A stretch of DNA of 64,000 nt from Sedimentisphaerales bacterium. Lineage in GTDB: Bacteria; Planctomycetota; Phycisphaerae; Sedimentisphaerales; SM23-30. Below are positions 42,490-51,592 of the stretch, piece by piece; the first letter of the stretch is position 1, and each line of letters opens with the position of its first letter. The DNA is taken from the NCBI GenBank assembly GCA_963663805.2, contig CAXXMR010000008.1, positions 128,001 through 192,000 on the forward strand, read 5' to 3'. A program made the translations under genes and the position numbers. The notes under the pieces are model-generated. The model was not told the origin of the DNA and searched no databases. It saw only the letters and a program-made list of their open reading frames with translations.

Positions 42490-43973
42490 GCTACCTCCCC
42501 GGCCAACTGGTTATAAACATCGAGATTGCGTTTGCCATCGCCTTGGTTTACCAGGACTTGATTGCCGGCAAGGTTCAATTGTGAGCCGTTACGTAAAAAG
42601 CTTTCCACCGCTTCATCGCTGAACGCCCGGCACTTGACACAAACACCAACGGCATGTTCAACTTCTTTTTGCGGATGCCTGATAAAGAGCAGCAGGATGT
42701 TGATGTATTTACCGGGCCCTTCACTGCCGTATCGATATTCAAGCTCTGTTCGCATCAAGGTGAAATCTTCGCCCCAGGGCTGGCCCTTGAATGGCCGAGC
42801 ATTATCCAGCGAACCGGGCTTACGCTCTAAAAGTTTGATATAATGCAGCGGATCCAGGATATACTGGTCTTTATCGTAACATCTGGAATGCGAGGCAACC
42901 AGCTCATTTTTATAGAACAGGTCAACCCGGTCAACGAATACCTTGACCTGGCAAGATTGATAGGCATACTCCGTCGGCACCGAATACCGGTTAGTATCAA
43001 CCCGTACTGTAAGCTGTTTGTCCGCAAAGGTGGATATTCGACGACAGGCTTCAAACTTCTGCTCAGGCAGTTCGTATAAATGTGTTTTCTCTTCCGCAAA
43101 TAAATCGCCAATGGTTTTATTCGTATGAGGTGCAGGGCCCTGGCGATCCAGTTCTTTGATACACTGAGCAATCAGCATCTCATTCAGCTGAGCCATATCG
43201 GTAACTCTCGGAACCGGAGAGAAGAACTGCCTTTCACTTCGCTTGGCGAGATTCTCGACATCGCCTTTTTCATTACCTTTAGCGACATTGCAAAAACGAG
43301 TGTCAAACAAATACCAACTCTTAAGCTCTACGAATTTGCGGTTGAGCCGACGCTTGCCTTTTTTGAGAACCTTTAGAACCGCAGTTTTTAAATTGTCGTA
43401 AGCAATGCGTTTGGGCACGCCGCCGAAATATTCAAACGCCCGGACATGGCCGTCAAGAAAACATTCGATCTTCATGCTCTCGTAAGCACAAACAAAAGGA
43501 GCCTTAGAACAGCACAGCTTCATGCAAAAAACGTAGACCTTCTTCTCCCTGCCGTTTTCTTTAATGTTAGCTTCATGCCAGTCAACCTGGGCTTCTTCGC
43601 CAAACTCAAACGCTAACGGCAGGTAAGCTTCTTTTTGGCGATTACTCGCCTCCTTGATATACCGCTGGACAGTGCTGTAATGGCCGGTGAAACCATACTC
43701 GTCACAAAGCCGCTGATACATTTTGGTCGCCTGCATCCGCTGCTTACGCCGAACCTTTTTGTCAGATTCCAGCCAGGTGTCAATAATGTGCGCGAAGGGA
43801 TCCATGACAGCCTTGACCCGCGGCTGACTGAGCCGATAGCCCGGCGGAATCGGATTTTTCAGGGCCTTGGCCACCGTGTTACGCGAATGCCCCAGCTCCA
43901 GGGCAACCTCACGTTGCGATATCCCATCACGAACTTTACGTCTGATAATCTCATAATGCTCCACTGTAAGCAC
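42486..43973 (-). CDS. istA: IS21 transposase
   Basis: N-terminal HTH, EAQVDW, FEYFGGVP..YDNLK, GNEKGDVE, NRYSVP; ATGA overlap with istB. Confidence 0.96.
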   Translation of the reverse strand: MLTVEHYEIIRRKVRDGISQREVALELGHSRNTVAKALKNPIPPGYRLSQPRVKAVMDPFAHIIDTWLESDKKVRRKQRMQATKMYQRLCDEYGFTGHYSTVQRYIKEASNRQKEAYLPLAFEFGEEAQVDWHEANIKENGREKKVYVFCMKLCCSKAPFVCAYESMKIECFLDGHVRAFEYFGGVPKRIAYDNLKTAVLKVLKKGKRRLNRKFVELKSWYLFDTRFCNVAKGNEKGDVENLAKRSERQFFSPVPRVTDMAQLNEMLIAQCIKELDRQGPAPHTNKTIGDLFAEEKTHLYELPEQKFEACRRISTFADKQLTVRVDTNRYSVPTEYAYQSCQVKVFVDRVDLFYKNELVASHSRCYDKDQYILDPLHYIKLLERKPGSLDNARPFKGQPWGEDFTLMRTELEYRYGSEGPGKYINILLLFIRHPQKEVEHAVGVCVKCRAFSDEAVESFLRNGSQLNLAGNQVLVNQGDGKRNLDVYNQLAGEVA

Positions 43974-44460
43974 CTTTCTAAGCCTCCTGTGTCTAAAATG
44001 TTACGTATCTTAAACACATCTTATCGGCCTTTTACAGTGGCTCCTTTTTCGATGCTTTTTCAGAAGAGAAAACCCGCAAATCTGGCTCCATTTTCAATGC
44101 TAATCACCAGTCAATCTACTTAGTAACGAAGTAAATCTACCTGGGAGCTAAGTCAATCTACTTAGGAGCTAAGTCAATCTACTTAGGAGCTAAGTCAATC
44201 TACTTAGGAGCTAAGTCAATCTACTTTGGAACAAAGTCAATTGACTTTACTCCAAAGCAGATTGGAGTTATCGGCCAGCTCCGCGATTTCAGTATCTTGC
44301 AAGCTGATTTTATGAGACTACGGCCTGAATAACGGTTTTTGGCATTGGGCTTACACTTATAAGACCTTATTTAACCGCAGATTACACCGATTACGCGAAT
44401 TCTTAACTGCGAATACTATTTTTGACATGATGAACGGGATTTATGAGACATTGTTGGGGG

Positions 44461-44503
44461 GACAGCGAAGGTCGACCGGACTCTGGGGCCGACCTTCGCT
44501 GTC
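44461..44503. terminator. strong stem-loop downstream of the RCC1 gene (no U tract)
   Basis: 14-bp perfect stem GACAGCGAAGGTCG/CGACCTTCGCTGTC. Confidence 0.55.
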
Positions 44504-44514
44504 AAAAGTTATCA

Positions 44515-47500
44515 TCAATCTTTGGATTCTGACAGGGTTGACTTTGATAGTTCGGCTTTCCATTCCGTCAGGAGTTCATCGAGCCAGTCAAGGAGCATTT
44601 GCATAGACTCTTTGTACTGTTCTTCGGAGATTTCTTCTTGGAAATCTGGGTTGGTTAGCCAATCGTTTTCTATGATTTCGATTATATCTTCGACCATTAA
44701 CATAGTCTCGTAAGTGGTGTATTCCCGTTCGGGTTGATTCTTTTGCCATTTGGCCTGGCGGTTGGATTCGATTTGTTCGTCGGTCAGGATGGTTGCTTCG
44801 GGGATTGACGCGGTACGCATCATGGCGACGGCGGTAGAGTCGGAATCATACCAACAGGCTTGCCAGAGCCAATAACCGAAAGTTTCGGCGTTGGTGGAAT
44901 CTACAAAAATCATCAAATCATCGAGGTCGATGTACTGGTCATTGTCGAGGTCGCAGCGGGTGTCGTAGTTTTCGTTGGGGTCATTATTAGTGGCGGGGTC
45001 GTAGTTATGCCAGGCTTTCTCGAACAGAGCGAACTCTTTTAAGTTTACCACACCGTCGGCGTTATAGTCGAGTGTGCAGCTTATGCCGGAATCGCAGGAA
45101 TAATATTCATCGGCTCCCATATCTACGTAAGTACCATTGATGCGGTCTTCGTTATCGATGTCGGTTTCACCGGTTATTACGTTGGTGTTGTCGCCTTCAT
45201 CAATACAGGGGGAATCGGCGGAAAGGTGGAAGTTACCGAGGGTTTCATCATCATAAGCGAAGCAGGGGTCGCAGAAGATATTGGTTGGATTATTAGGGTC
45301 AGTCTCGCCGCAAGTCAGGGTTGGATGATTAAAGCAGCTATAAATGGGAATACAGCCGCCGCTGTATTGAATGCCTGATGAGTTGTTGGCCCACAGGATA
45401 TTATTGGGGACATCAAGATTGGTGGTGGAGCCGTCGAGGGCTTTGCCGGTGTTATAGACGATAGTACAGTTGCGGACTTCGGAGCCGGTGGAGCAGGCGG
45501 AAAGGTTTATGCCTGTACCGCCGTTCAGGTGTATCCAGCAGTTTGTGGCTGAGAGGATATCGGCATAACCGCTTATGCCGCTGCCGTTATTATCGCAGAT
45601 AATAGAATGATCGACAATCAAATCGCTGTTGGTGCTAAAGCTTATGCCGTTGCCGGTATTGTTGGTTATACGGCAGTTGCTGATGGTTAGTTCGGTGCCG
45701 GTGCCGCAAGTGACGGCGTTACCGAAGGCGCTGGTCAGGATGAAACCATCGACAGCCACGCCGGTGGTGGAATTGTTGAGATTGACAATGGTCGAGCAGG
45801 TGCTGTTGCCGCTCAGGTAAGTTTTATTGCGGGCGGGTTTGCGTTCGGATAGGGTGGTTTCGGTGCCTATGAAGCCGCCGTAGATTTCCACGTCGGCGGG
45901 TATGGTGAATTTATCGGTGGACAGTGTCCCCGGTATATAAGTACCGGCGGCAACCCAGATTTCATCGCCGCAGCCGTTAGCAGCTCTGGCAAGGGCCTCC
46001 TGTAAGGTGTTGTAGGCGTTGGCCCAACTGGTGCCGTTGTTATAGCCGGTGGCGTGGGAGGAAACATAGATTATATCACCGCCGTAACAGCAGATATCGA
46101 AAGAGGTTTGGTCCTGAATGTAGTAATAGTCTGAAAGTACGTCCACGGTGCTGTATAGGGTTTCCAGAGGAGTGACGGCGTTGCTGACGGTGGCGGTGAT
46201 GGAATAGCTGGCGGGAGTGCCGGGACTGACTGTTGCGTTTGGCCAGATGTAACAGTATTCGGTTTCGTCGAGATAGCCGGTGGCGGGACTGGCGGAGCTA
46301 AAGATGAGACTGTCGGGTATGTAAAGGATTATATCTGCGTTAATGGCGGTGGTACCGTTGGGGTCGAGCGTAGCGGTGAGGGTTACCGAATCATCGGGGG
46401 ACACACAATCGCCCTGATAGGTGGCAGTTAGAGTTACATCGAAGTCATAGCCGGCATCGGCACAAGTCATCTTGACAGGGGCAGTGAAATAGCCTCCAGC
46501 GGTGCCGATACCAAGTTTGCCAATAGCGTTGCTTCCCCAGCCGAAGATTTCGCCGGTATCCTCGATGGCCAGTTGATGAGTGTAACCATCGTCAATCGCG
46601 GTGATGTGTTCGAGATAGCCGGAGTAGCTTGTCTGTTCGCCGGCGGGGACGATGGTCGGGGCTGTCGGTGTGGCGGTTCCGGTCCATTGCCAGACGAAAC
46701 CTTCAGCATCGAGAGCGAGACTATGGCTTGAACCTGCGCCAATGGCGACGATGTTTTCGAGATAGGTCGTCCCCATTTCGCCGCCGGGAACTCTGGCAGG
46801 GTATCCGGTCGTCCACTGCCAGACATTGCCGTTTTCATCGAGTGCCAGAGAATGATAGCAGGAGGAGATTTCGATGATGTTTTCAAGATAGCCTGTCCCG
46901 TTTTCGCCGGGAACCTTCTGGGCGCAAAGTGTGTTATTGCCCCATTCCCAGACGTTGTCGTTAGCGTCACGAGCGATAGAGTGTTGTACCCCGGCGTCAA
47001 CTTCGATGATGTCGAAACCGGTGTCGTGGCCGAGATAAGTAACCGGGTCCAAACTCGTTTTGACTTTGACGGGAGTTTCGATGTCAGCCCCAGAAGTTCC
47101 GTTGCCGCATTGCCCGTAAGCGTTATAGCCCCAGCCGTAAGTATATTCCCCTTCGGAAGCGAGCGAGTGCAAACCGCTGCGACCGGCGGAAATGCAGGTT
47201 ATGTTTTCGAGAATAGCGTTTGGGTCGGCGCTTTGTTCGCCAGCATGAACAGCGATGGGGTAAATTACATCATCTGTATCATCACCGTTACCTATCTGTC
47301 CGTTTGTATCACCACCCCAGGCCCAGACATTGCCGTTAATGTTATCAACCGCTAAAGAATGATACCAACCGGCATCGAGGGCGATAATATTTTCGAGAAA
47401 ACCGGAAGCTGTGTTCATTTCGCCATCGTGAGTCTGTACTAGCTCGTACTTGTCCGGCAGGTTTCCAATGCCTAGTCTACCATTTTCATTACTCCCACAA

Positions 47501-47655
47501 GCCCAGACTATATTATTTTCCATTAATACAAGCGTGTGGTCTTCACCACCGGAAATTGCTATGGCCCTGAGACAAACTTCGTCTGCATTTGAAGTTGCAG
47601 TAAAAGTAGTAATAAACATTAAAACAACAGCTAAAGCTTCTTTTGCGCGCACCAT
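44515..47655 (-). CDS. secreted RCC1-repeat protein with beta-helix and dockerin-like domains
   Basis: AG-x-x-HSLA..VWAWG..NGQIG repeats, GTSWANAY..LQEAL, SPCIDEG..DMGADE, DYNADGVVNLKEF / DLDNDQYIDLDDL. Confidence 0.9.
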   Translation of the reverse strand: MVRAKEALAVVLMFITTFTATSNADEVCLRAIAISGGEDHTLVLMENNIVWACGSNENGRLGIGNLPDKYELVQTHDGEMNTASGFLENIIALDAGWYHSLAVDNINGNVWAWGGDTNGQIGNGDDTDDVIYPIAVHAGEQSADPNAILENITCISAGRSGLHSLASEGEYTYGWGYNAYGQCGNGTSGADIETPVKVKTSLDPVTYLGHDTGFDIIEVDAGVQHSIARDANDNVWEWGNNTLCAQKVPGENGTGYLENIIEISSCYHSLALDENGNVWQWTTGYPARVPGGEMGTTYLENIVAIGAGSSHSLALDAEGFVWQWTGTATPTAPTIVPAGEQTSYSGYLEHITAIDDGYTHQLAIEDTGEIFGWGSNAIGKLGIGTAGGYFTAPVKMTCADAGYDFDVTLTATYQGDCVSPDDSVTLTATLDPNGTTAINADIILYIPDSLIFSSASPATGYLDETEYCYIWPNATVSPGTPASYSITATVSNAVTPLETLYSTVDVLSDYYYIQDQTSFDICCYGGDIIYVSSHATGYNNGTSWANAYNTLQEALARAANGCGDEIWVAAGTYIPGTLSTDKFTIPADVEIYGGFIGTETTLSERKPARNKTYLSGNSTCSTIVNLNNSTTGVAVDGFILTSAFGNAVTCGTGTELTISNCRITNNTGNGISFSTNSDLIVDHSIICDNNGSGISGYADILSATNCWIHLNGGTGINLSACSTGSEVRNCTIVYNTGKALDGSTTNLDVPNNILWANNSSGIQYSGGCIPIYSCFNHPTLTCGETDPNNPTNIFCDPCFAYDDETLGNFHLSADSPCIDEGDNTNVITGETDIDNEDRINGTYVDMGADEYYSCDSGISCTLDYNADGVVNLKEFALFEKAWHNYDPATNNDPNENYDTRCDLDNDQYIDLDDLMIFVDSTNAETFGYWLWQACWYDSDSTAVAMMRTASIPEATILTDEQIESNRQAKWQKNQPEREYTTYETMLMVEDIIEIIENDWLTNPDFQEEISEEQYKESMQMLLDWLDELLTEWKAELSKSTLSESKD

Positions 47656-47701
47656 CCCTATTTTCTCCTTTCGCGAGATTAGAATAAGAAAATTGCTAAA
47701 T

Positions 47702-48352
47702 TTAACGTCTACGAATTGCCAGCAATCCGCCCAGTGACAATAATCCTATAAAAGTTGGTTCTGGAACCAAAGTAGCTGATGTAATTTCCAAAGTTATGTA
47801 AAACTCATCGTAATTGGTTCCAATTTTGTCACTATTAATCGATATAAGATTTCTGCTACCCCAATCGGATAATATGGGTGCAGTCACTGGCAAGGTCAAT
47901 CCAGATAAGGCTTCGCCAGTATCATCGCCTAATTGCCAGCGAATAGATTCAATGCCGATATCATCCAATATCGTTTGATTTTGATGACTACTGAGAATGT
48001 AAGCATCTTCACCAGTTGGAAATGCATCATTTGTTAATGCGAGTTTTAATTCTGGAGTAACCGGGTCCGCCCCAAAAATAATGCCATCTATATCCAATGT
48101 TATTCCATATGGCTGAGCGTTAAAAGTATAGATTGTTGTAAATTCGTCACTATATGATGGGGCAATATTGGTGTTGTACGTATAACTTCCCGTCATAACA
48201 CTACCAGTAGCAATTTTGCCATTCAGAAGATTTGCTGAATCATCAACCGAAGTTACGGTTCCAGAAATAGCGATAGTAATAATTTCCGCTGGACAGGCTG
48301 AAGCGATAAAAACCAAAGCCGCGACAAAAACAATGATAACGCTCTTTTTCAT
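47702..48352 (-). CDS. PEP-CTERM protein
   Basis: signal peptide MKKSVII, VPEPTFIGLLSLGGLLAIRRR; GGAGG RBS. Confidence 0.9.
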   Translation of the reverse strand: MKKSVIIVFVAALVFIASACPAEIITIAISGTVTSVDDSANLLNGKIATGSVMTGSYTYNTNIAPSYSDEFTTIYTFNAQPYGITLDIDGIIFGADPVTPELKLALTNDAFPTGEDAYILSSHQNQTILDDIGIESIRWQLGDDTGEALSGLTLPVTAPILSDWGSRNLISINSDKIGTNYDEFYITLEITSATLVPEPTFIGLLSLGGLLAIRRR

Positions 48353-48464
48353 GTCAAAATCCTCCATAATGATATATTGTTAGGTTCCTATTTCGATTAT
48401 ATGTGGTGTCCAGTTTGTTTGACCATATATTTTTCTGTTTTTTTATGGCAGTGCAAAAAATAAG

Positions 48465-48605
48465 GGCACCGCCGAACAATATGCTCAAGCAGGGCTCCGC
48501 TAGGGCCTGTAACGAACACACGCCAGCGATACCCAATGCCAAAGGGCAAATGGGCACCGACAATGCGTGTCTCGTCACAATAAATTAGCGGATTTTGCTC
48601 AAGAC
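48465..48605 (-). ncRNA. candidate structured RNA, copy B1 (divergent)
   Basis: nested stems tccgcta/tagcgga, tgtaacga/tcgtcaca, acacgc/gcgtgt, cgataccca/tgggcaccg; the inner-stem mismatches are G-U on the minus strand. Confidence 0.55.
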
Positions 48606-48717
48606 GCTCACTGGTAACAGTGACTTACCTATTCAAATGTAAAAGGTGGCATATTTCGCCTAAATTAACGCTCCTAAAAAATACAAACCACCTTCCCAAA
48701 GTCTTACGACTTCCTGT

Positions 48718-48746
48718 ACTTTATCAGATGTTTAATCTCATTGCAA
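48718..48746 (-). promoter_or_regulatory. extended -10 sigma70-like promoter
   Basis: TTGCAA-N17-TAAAGT with TGn; conserved at 51305-51333. Confidence 0.65.
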
Positions 48747-48828
48747 GAGAAAAAACTTTTATTTCCGTCACAGCAGCCCCGACCAACTGCTGTGACAATA
48801 AGGACTTAGCGTTCTTTGCACGCAAAGA

Positions 48829-49005
48829 GGACGCCGCCGCAATTATGCCTGCTTTAGGCCCGCAAAAGCCCGACGAGGTCATAAAAGCAAACGGCGTCCT
48901 TGTATCTACAAACCAAGGACACCGAGCCTTTCAAGCCACCTCGTCAGATAAATTTGCGGTTTAAAGCAGGCGGAATGAAATCTCAGTGTAATAGTGATTT
49001 CAAAT
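48829..49005 (-). ncRNA. candidate structured RNA, copy A1
   Basis: gcctgcttta/taaagcaggc (48847-48971), ccgcaaa/tttgcgg, gacgaggt/acctcgtc, cggcgtccttg/caaggacaccg; flanking tgaaatc/gatttca. Confidence 0.65.
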
Positions 49006-49112
49006 ATTCAGATGTGTTCAGCTCGTTTAGGTCAAATAAATCTCCTGAAAGAAAAATCGTATACTAGCAATCTACATCAAGAAATCGGAAAAGCAAATTA
49101 AAAATGAAAAAA

Positions 49113-50267
49113 TTATGTTAATGCCGAATTGCTGTTACTTCCCCAGCCGAAGATTTCGCCGGTATCCTCTATCGCCAGTTGATGAGTGTAACCATCGTCG
49201 ATAGCGGTGATGTGTTCGAGATAGCCGGAGTAGCTTGACTGTTCGCCAGCAGGAACAATTGTCGGGGCGGTTGGCGTAGCAGTGCCGGTCCATTGCCAGA
49301 CGAAACCATTCTCATCGAGAGCGAGATTATGGCTTGATCCGGCACCAATAGCGACAATGTTTTCAAGATAGGTTGTCCCCATTTCGCCGCCGGACACCTT
49401 GGCGGGATAACCAGTGGTCCACTGCCAGACATTACCGTTTTCGTCAAGAGCCAACGAATGAGAACAAGAGGCGATTTCGATGATGCCTTCAAGATATCCA
49501 ACACCGTTTTCGCCGGGAACTTTAATGGCGTAAAGACTGCTGTTGTTGACGCCCCATTCCCAAACGTTATCGTTAGCATCACGAGCGATGGAATGACCAA
49601 CCCCGGCGTCAACTTCAACAATGTCGAAACCAGTGTCGTGGCCGAGGTAGGTTGTCGCGGAGGTTTTTACTTTGACGGGCGTTTCAACGTCAGCACCAGA
49701 AGTATCGTTGCCACATTGACCGTGAGCGTTATATCCCCAGCCGTAAGTATATTCGCCTTCGGAAGCGAGAGAGTGCAAACCGCTACGACCTGCGGAAACG
49801 CAGGTTATATCTTCAAGAATTGCGTTTGGGTCGGTACTTTGTTCACCAGCCCAAACAACTATTGGATATGTATAGTTGCCAGTATCAGTGCCGTTTCCTA
49901 TTTGGCCATTTGTGTCGCCACCCCAAGCCCAGACATTGCCATCAACATCATCGACCGCGAGTGAATGATACCAGCCCGCATCGACTGCAGCAATATTTTC
50001 AAGATAACCTGACGTGGTATCCATATCACCATCATGAGTTTGTATCAGGTAAGGCGAACTCATGGTGCATGGGTCTTGGATTCCCAATTGCCCGTTAGCG
50101 TTACCGCCACACGCCCAAACAGTTTCGTTCTCCATCAACACTAGCGTGTGATATTCTCCACCTGAAATTGCAACTGCTCTAAGGCAAGTGTCGCCAGCAT
50201 TTGAGGCAGTCATTAAAGTTAAAATAGCGATTAATACGACGACCATTATTTGTTTTGCGCGCACCAT
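49113..50267 (-). pseudogene. RCC1-repeat protein, C-terminally truncated paralog of 44515-47655
   Basis: collinear with the first ~375 aa of the paralog, then diverges after FGWGSN and stops within 6 codons, mid-repeat. Confidence 0.75.
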
Positions 50268-50305
50268 CTCTGTTTTCTCCTTTCGCAAGGTTAAAATATT
50301 AGAAG

Positions 50306-50965
50306 TTATTGAGCTTTACAAGTACGACGTAGTGTTATCAGACCACCCAAAAACAGTAAGCCTATTGTAGTTGGTTCTGGCACCAAGGTTGCTGAGGTAA
50401 CTGTTGCCCTTATAAGCAAAGATTCTTTGTTACCATAATCATCTGTTTTAACACCATCAATTGAGATTATATTATACTGCCAATCAGTAAGATTTAATAT
50501 GTCCGTCGGTAATTCTAAGGAAGATAAGGCTTCGCCAGTTTCATCATCTAACTGCCAACTAATTCTTTCAATGGGCATTTCTGATACAGCAACATTGTTG
50601 CTACTTAACATATAAAATCCATCCCCTCTTGATGGATAATCGTTTTTAATTTGGACTAAAACATCTCTATTTTGAATAGCTGTTTCAAATTTTAAATCAC
50701 CAATTTCGAGAAACATTCCACATGGAGCAGAATAGAACTTATAGTGTGCAAGACTTGTCTCCAATATTGAAGGAGCTGTATCACTTTCATAAGCATACCA
50801 GCCAGTTATTGGGGCTCCGATAGCAATTACGCCACCCAGAACATTCGCATCGTCAATAATATAGCTAATTTGCCCGGTAATTTCCACCTTAACGATGTCT
50901 GCTTGGATTATTGGAGTAACCAAAGCAGATACCAAGCTGACAAGAATAATAAAGCTCTTCTTCAT
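50306..50965 (-). CDS. PEP-CTERM protein (paralog of 47702-48352)
   Basis: MKKSFII, WQLDDETGEALS, SATLVPEPTTIGLLFLGGLITLRR. Confidence 0.9.
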   Translation of the reverse strand: MKKSFIILVSLVSALVTPIIQADIVKVEITGQISYIIDDANVLGGVIAIGAPITGWYAYESDTAPSILETSLAHYKFYSAPCGMFLEIGDLKFETAIQNRDVLVQIKNDYPSRGDGFYMLSSNNVAVSEMPIERISWQLDDETGEALSSLELPTDILNLTDWQYNIISIDGVKTDDYGNKESLLIRATVTSATLVPEPTTIGLLFLGGLITLRRTCKAQ

Positions 50966-51059
50966 GTCAAATCCTCCATAATAGTGTAATTGTTAAGTTC
51001 CTACCTCAATTATACGCGATGTCCAGTCTAATCGACGACCCTATTTTTCAAAAAAAAGG

Positions 51060-51225
51060 GAACCGCCACGATTACGCCAACTCTAGGTTCGGCAGAACCC
51101 GGCAAGGCCGTAAAAGCAACGGCGCCCTTGTTCGCAAAGGGCACCGAGCCTTTCAAGCCGCCTTACCAAGCTAAACTGCCGATTTAGAGTTGGGCGAATG
51201 AAATCTCGATGATCTCAGTTATTCA
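51060..51225 (-). ncRNA. candidate structured RNA, copy B2
   Basis: ccaactcta/tagagttgg (51077-51193), tcggcag/ctgccga, ggcaaggc/gccttacc, cggcgccctt/aagggcaccg; T8 run 3' on the minus strand. Confidence 0.65.
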
Positions 51226-51304
51226 ATTGTTACATTACCTACATTCTGCCTAAATTAACGCTCCTGACAAATATAAATGACTTCCCAATCTTACGACTTC
51301 CTGC

Positions 51305-51333
51305 ACTTTATCAGATGTTTAGTCTCATTGCAA
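51305..51333 (-). promoter_or_regulatory. extended -10 sigma70-like promoter
   Basis: TTGCAA-N17-TAAAGT with TGn. Confidence 0.65.
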
Positions 51334-51415
51334 GAGAAAAAACTTTTATTTCTGCCACAGCAGCCCCGACCAACTGCTGTGACAATAAAGACTTAACGTT
51401 CTTTTCGCGCAAAGG

Positions 51416-51592
51416 GAACGCCGTCGCGATTATGCCAATCCTAGGCCCGCAAAAGCCCTGCAAGGTCATAGAAGCAAACGGCGTTCCTGTTCTACAAACC
51501 AGAAACGCCGAGCTTTCCACGCCACCTTGCATTGCTAAATTTGCGGTTTAGGATTGGTGGTATGAAATCTCGGTGTATGGTCGATTTCAAGT
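51416..51592 (-). ncRNA. candidate structured RNA, copy A2
   Basis: ccaatccta/taggattgg, ccgcaaa/tttgcgg, tgcaaggt/accttgca, cggcgttcctg/cagaaacgccg. Confidence 0.65.

Larger units (their letters stand above)
41598..44109 (-). mobile_element. IS21 family insertion sequence (2512 bp)
   Basis: terminal IRs TGGTGATTAG(T/C)ATTGAAAATGGAGCCAGATTTGC; TG..CA ends; 5-bp target duplication GTCAA (41593-41597, 44110-44114). Confidence 0.96.
41415..44247. repeat. 21-bp tandem array with a 14-bp palindromic core, interrupted by IS21
   Basis: 11 cores AAGTMAATYTACTT with 7-bp linkers (41507-41597 and 44110-44247), plus the inverted repeat TTGCCCCAAAGTAA-AC-TTACTTTGGGGCAA at 41415-41444. Confidence 0.9.

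Noticed and set aside
41503..44247. CRISPR interpretation of the 21-bp array
   Set aside because: Linkers are only 7 bp and several are identical; no cas genes.
48620..48964. + strand ORFs 48620-48964 and 51315-51551 with similar translations
   Set aside because: The similarity comes from the duplicated non-coding leader; the changes preserve base-pairing and the starts differ.
49113..49122. TTATGTTAAT resembling a XerD arm (dif) at the truncation point
   Set aside because: No plausible XerC arm at 6-bp spacing; AT-rich context.
46500..50267. DGR template/variable repeat between the RCC1 copies
   Set aside because: The duplication is gene-length with indels and many synonymous changes; no reverse transcriptase in the window.
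51416..51592. 6S RNA or c-di-GMP riboswitch assignment for the rod elements
   Set aside because: A short GATTTCATACCAC resemblance to 6S exists, but I see no closing stem around a central bubble, and the GEMM consensus is absent. An Rfam scan is needed.
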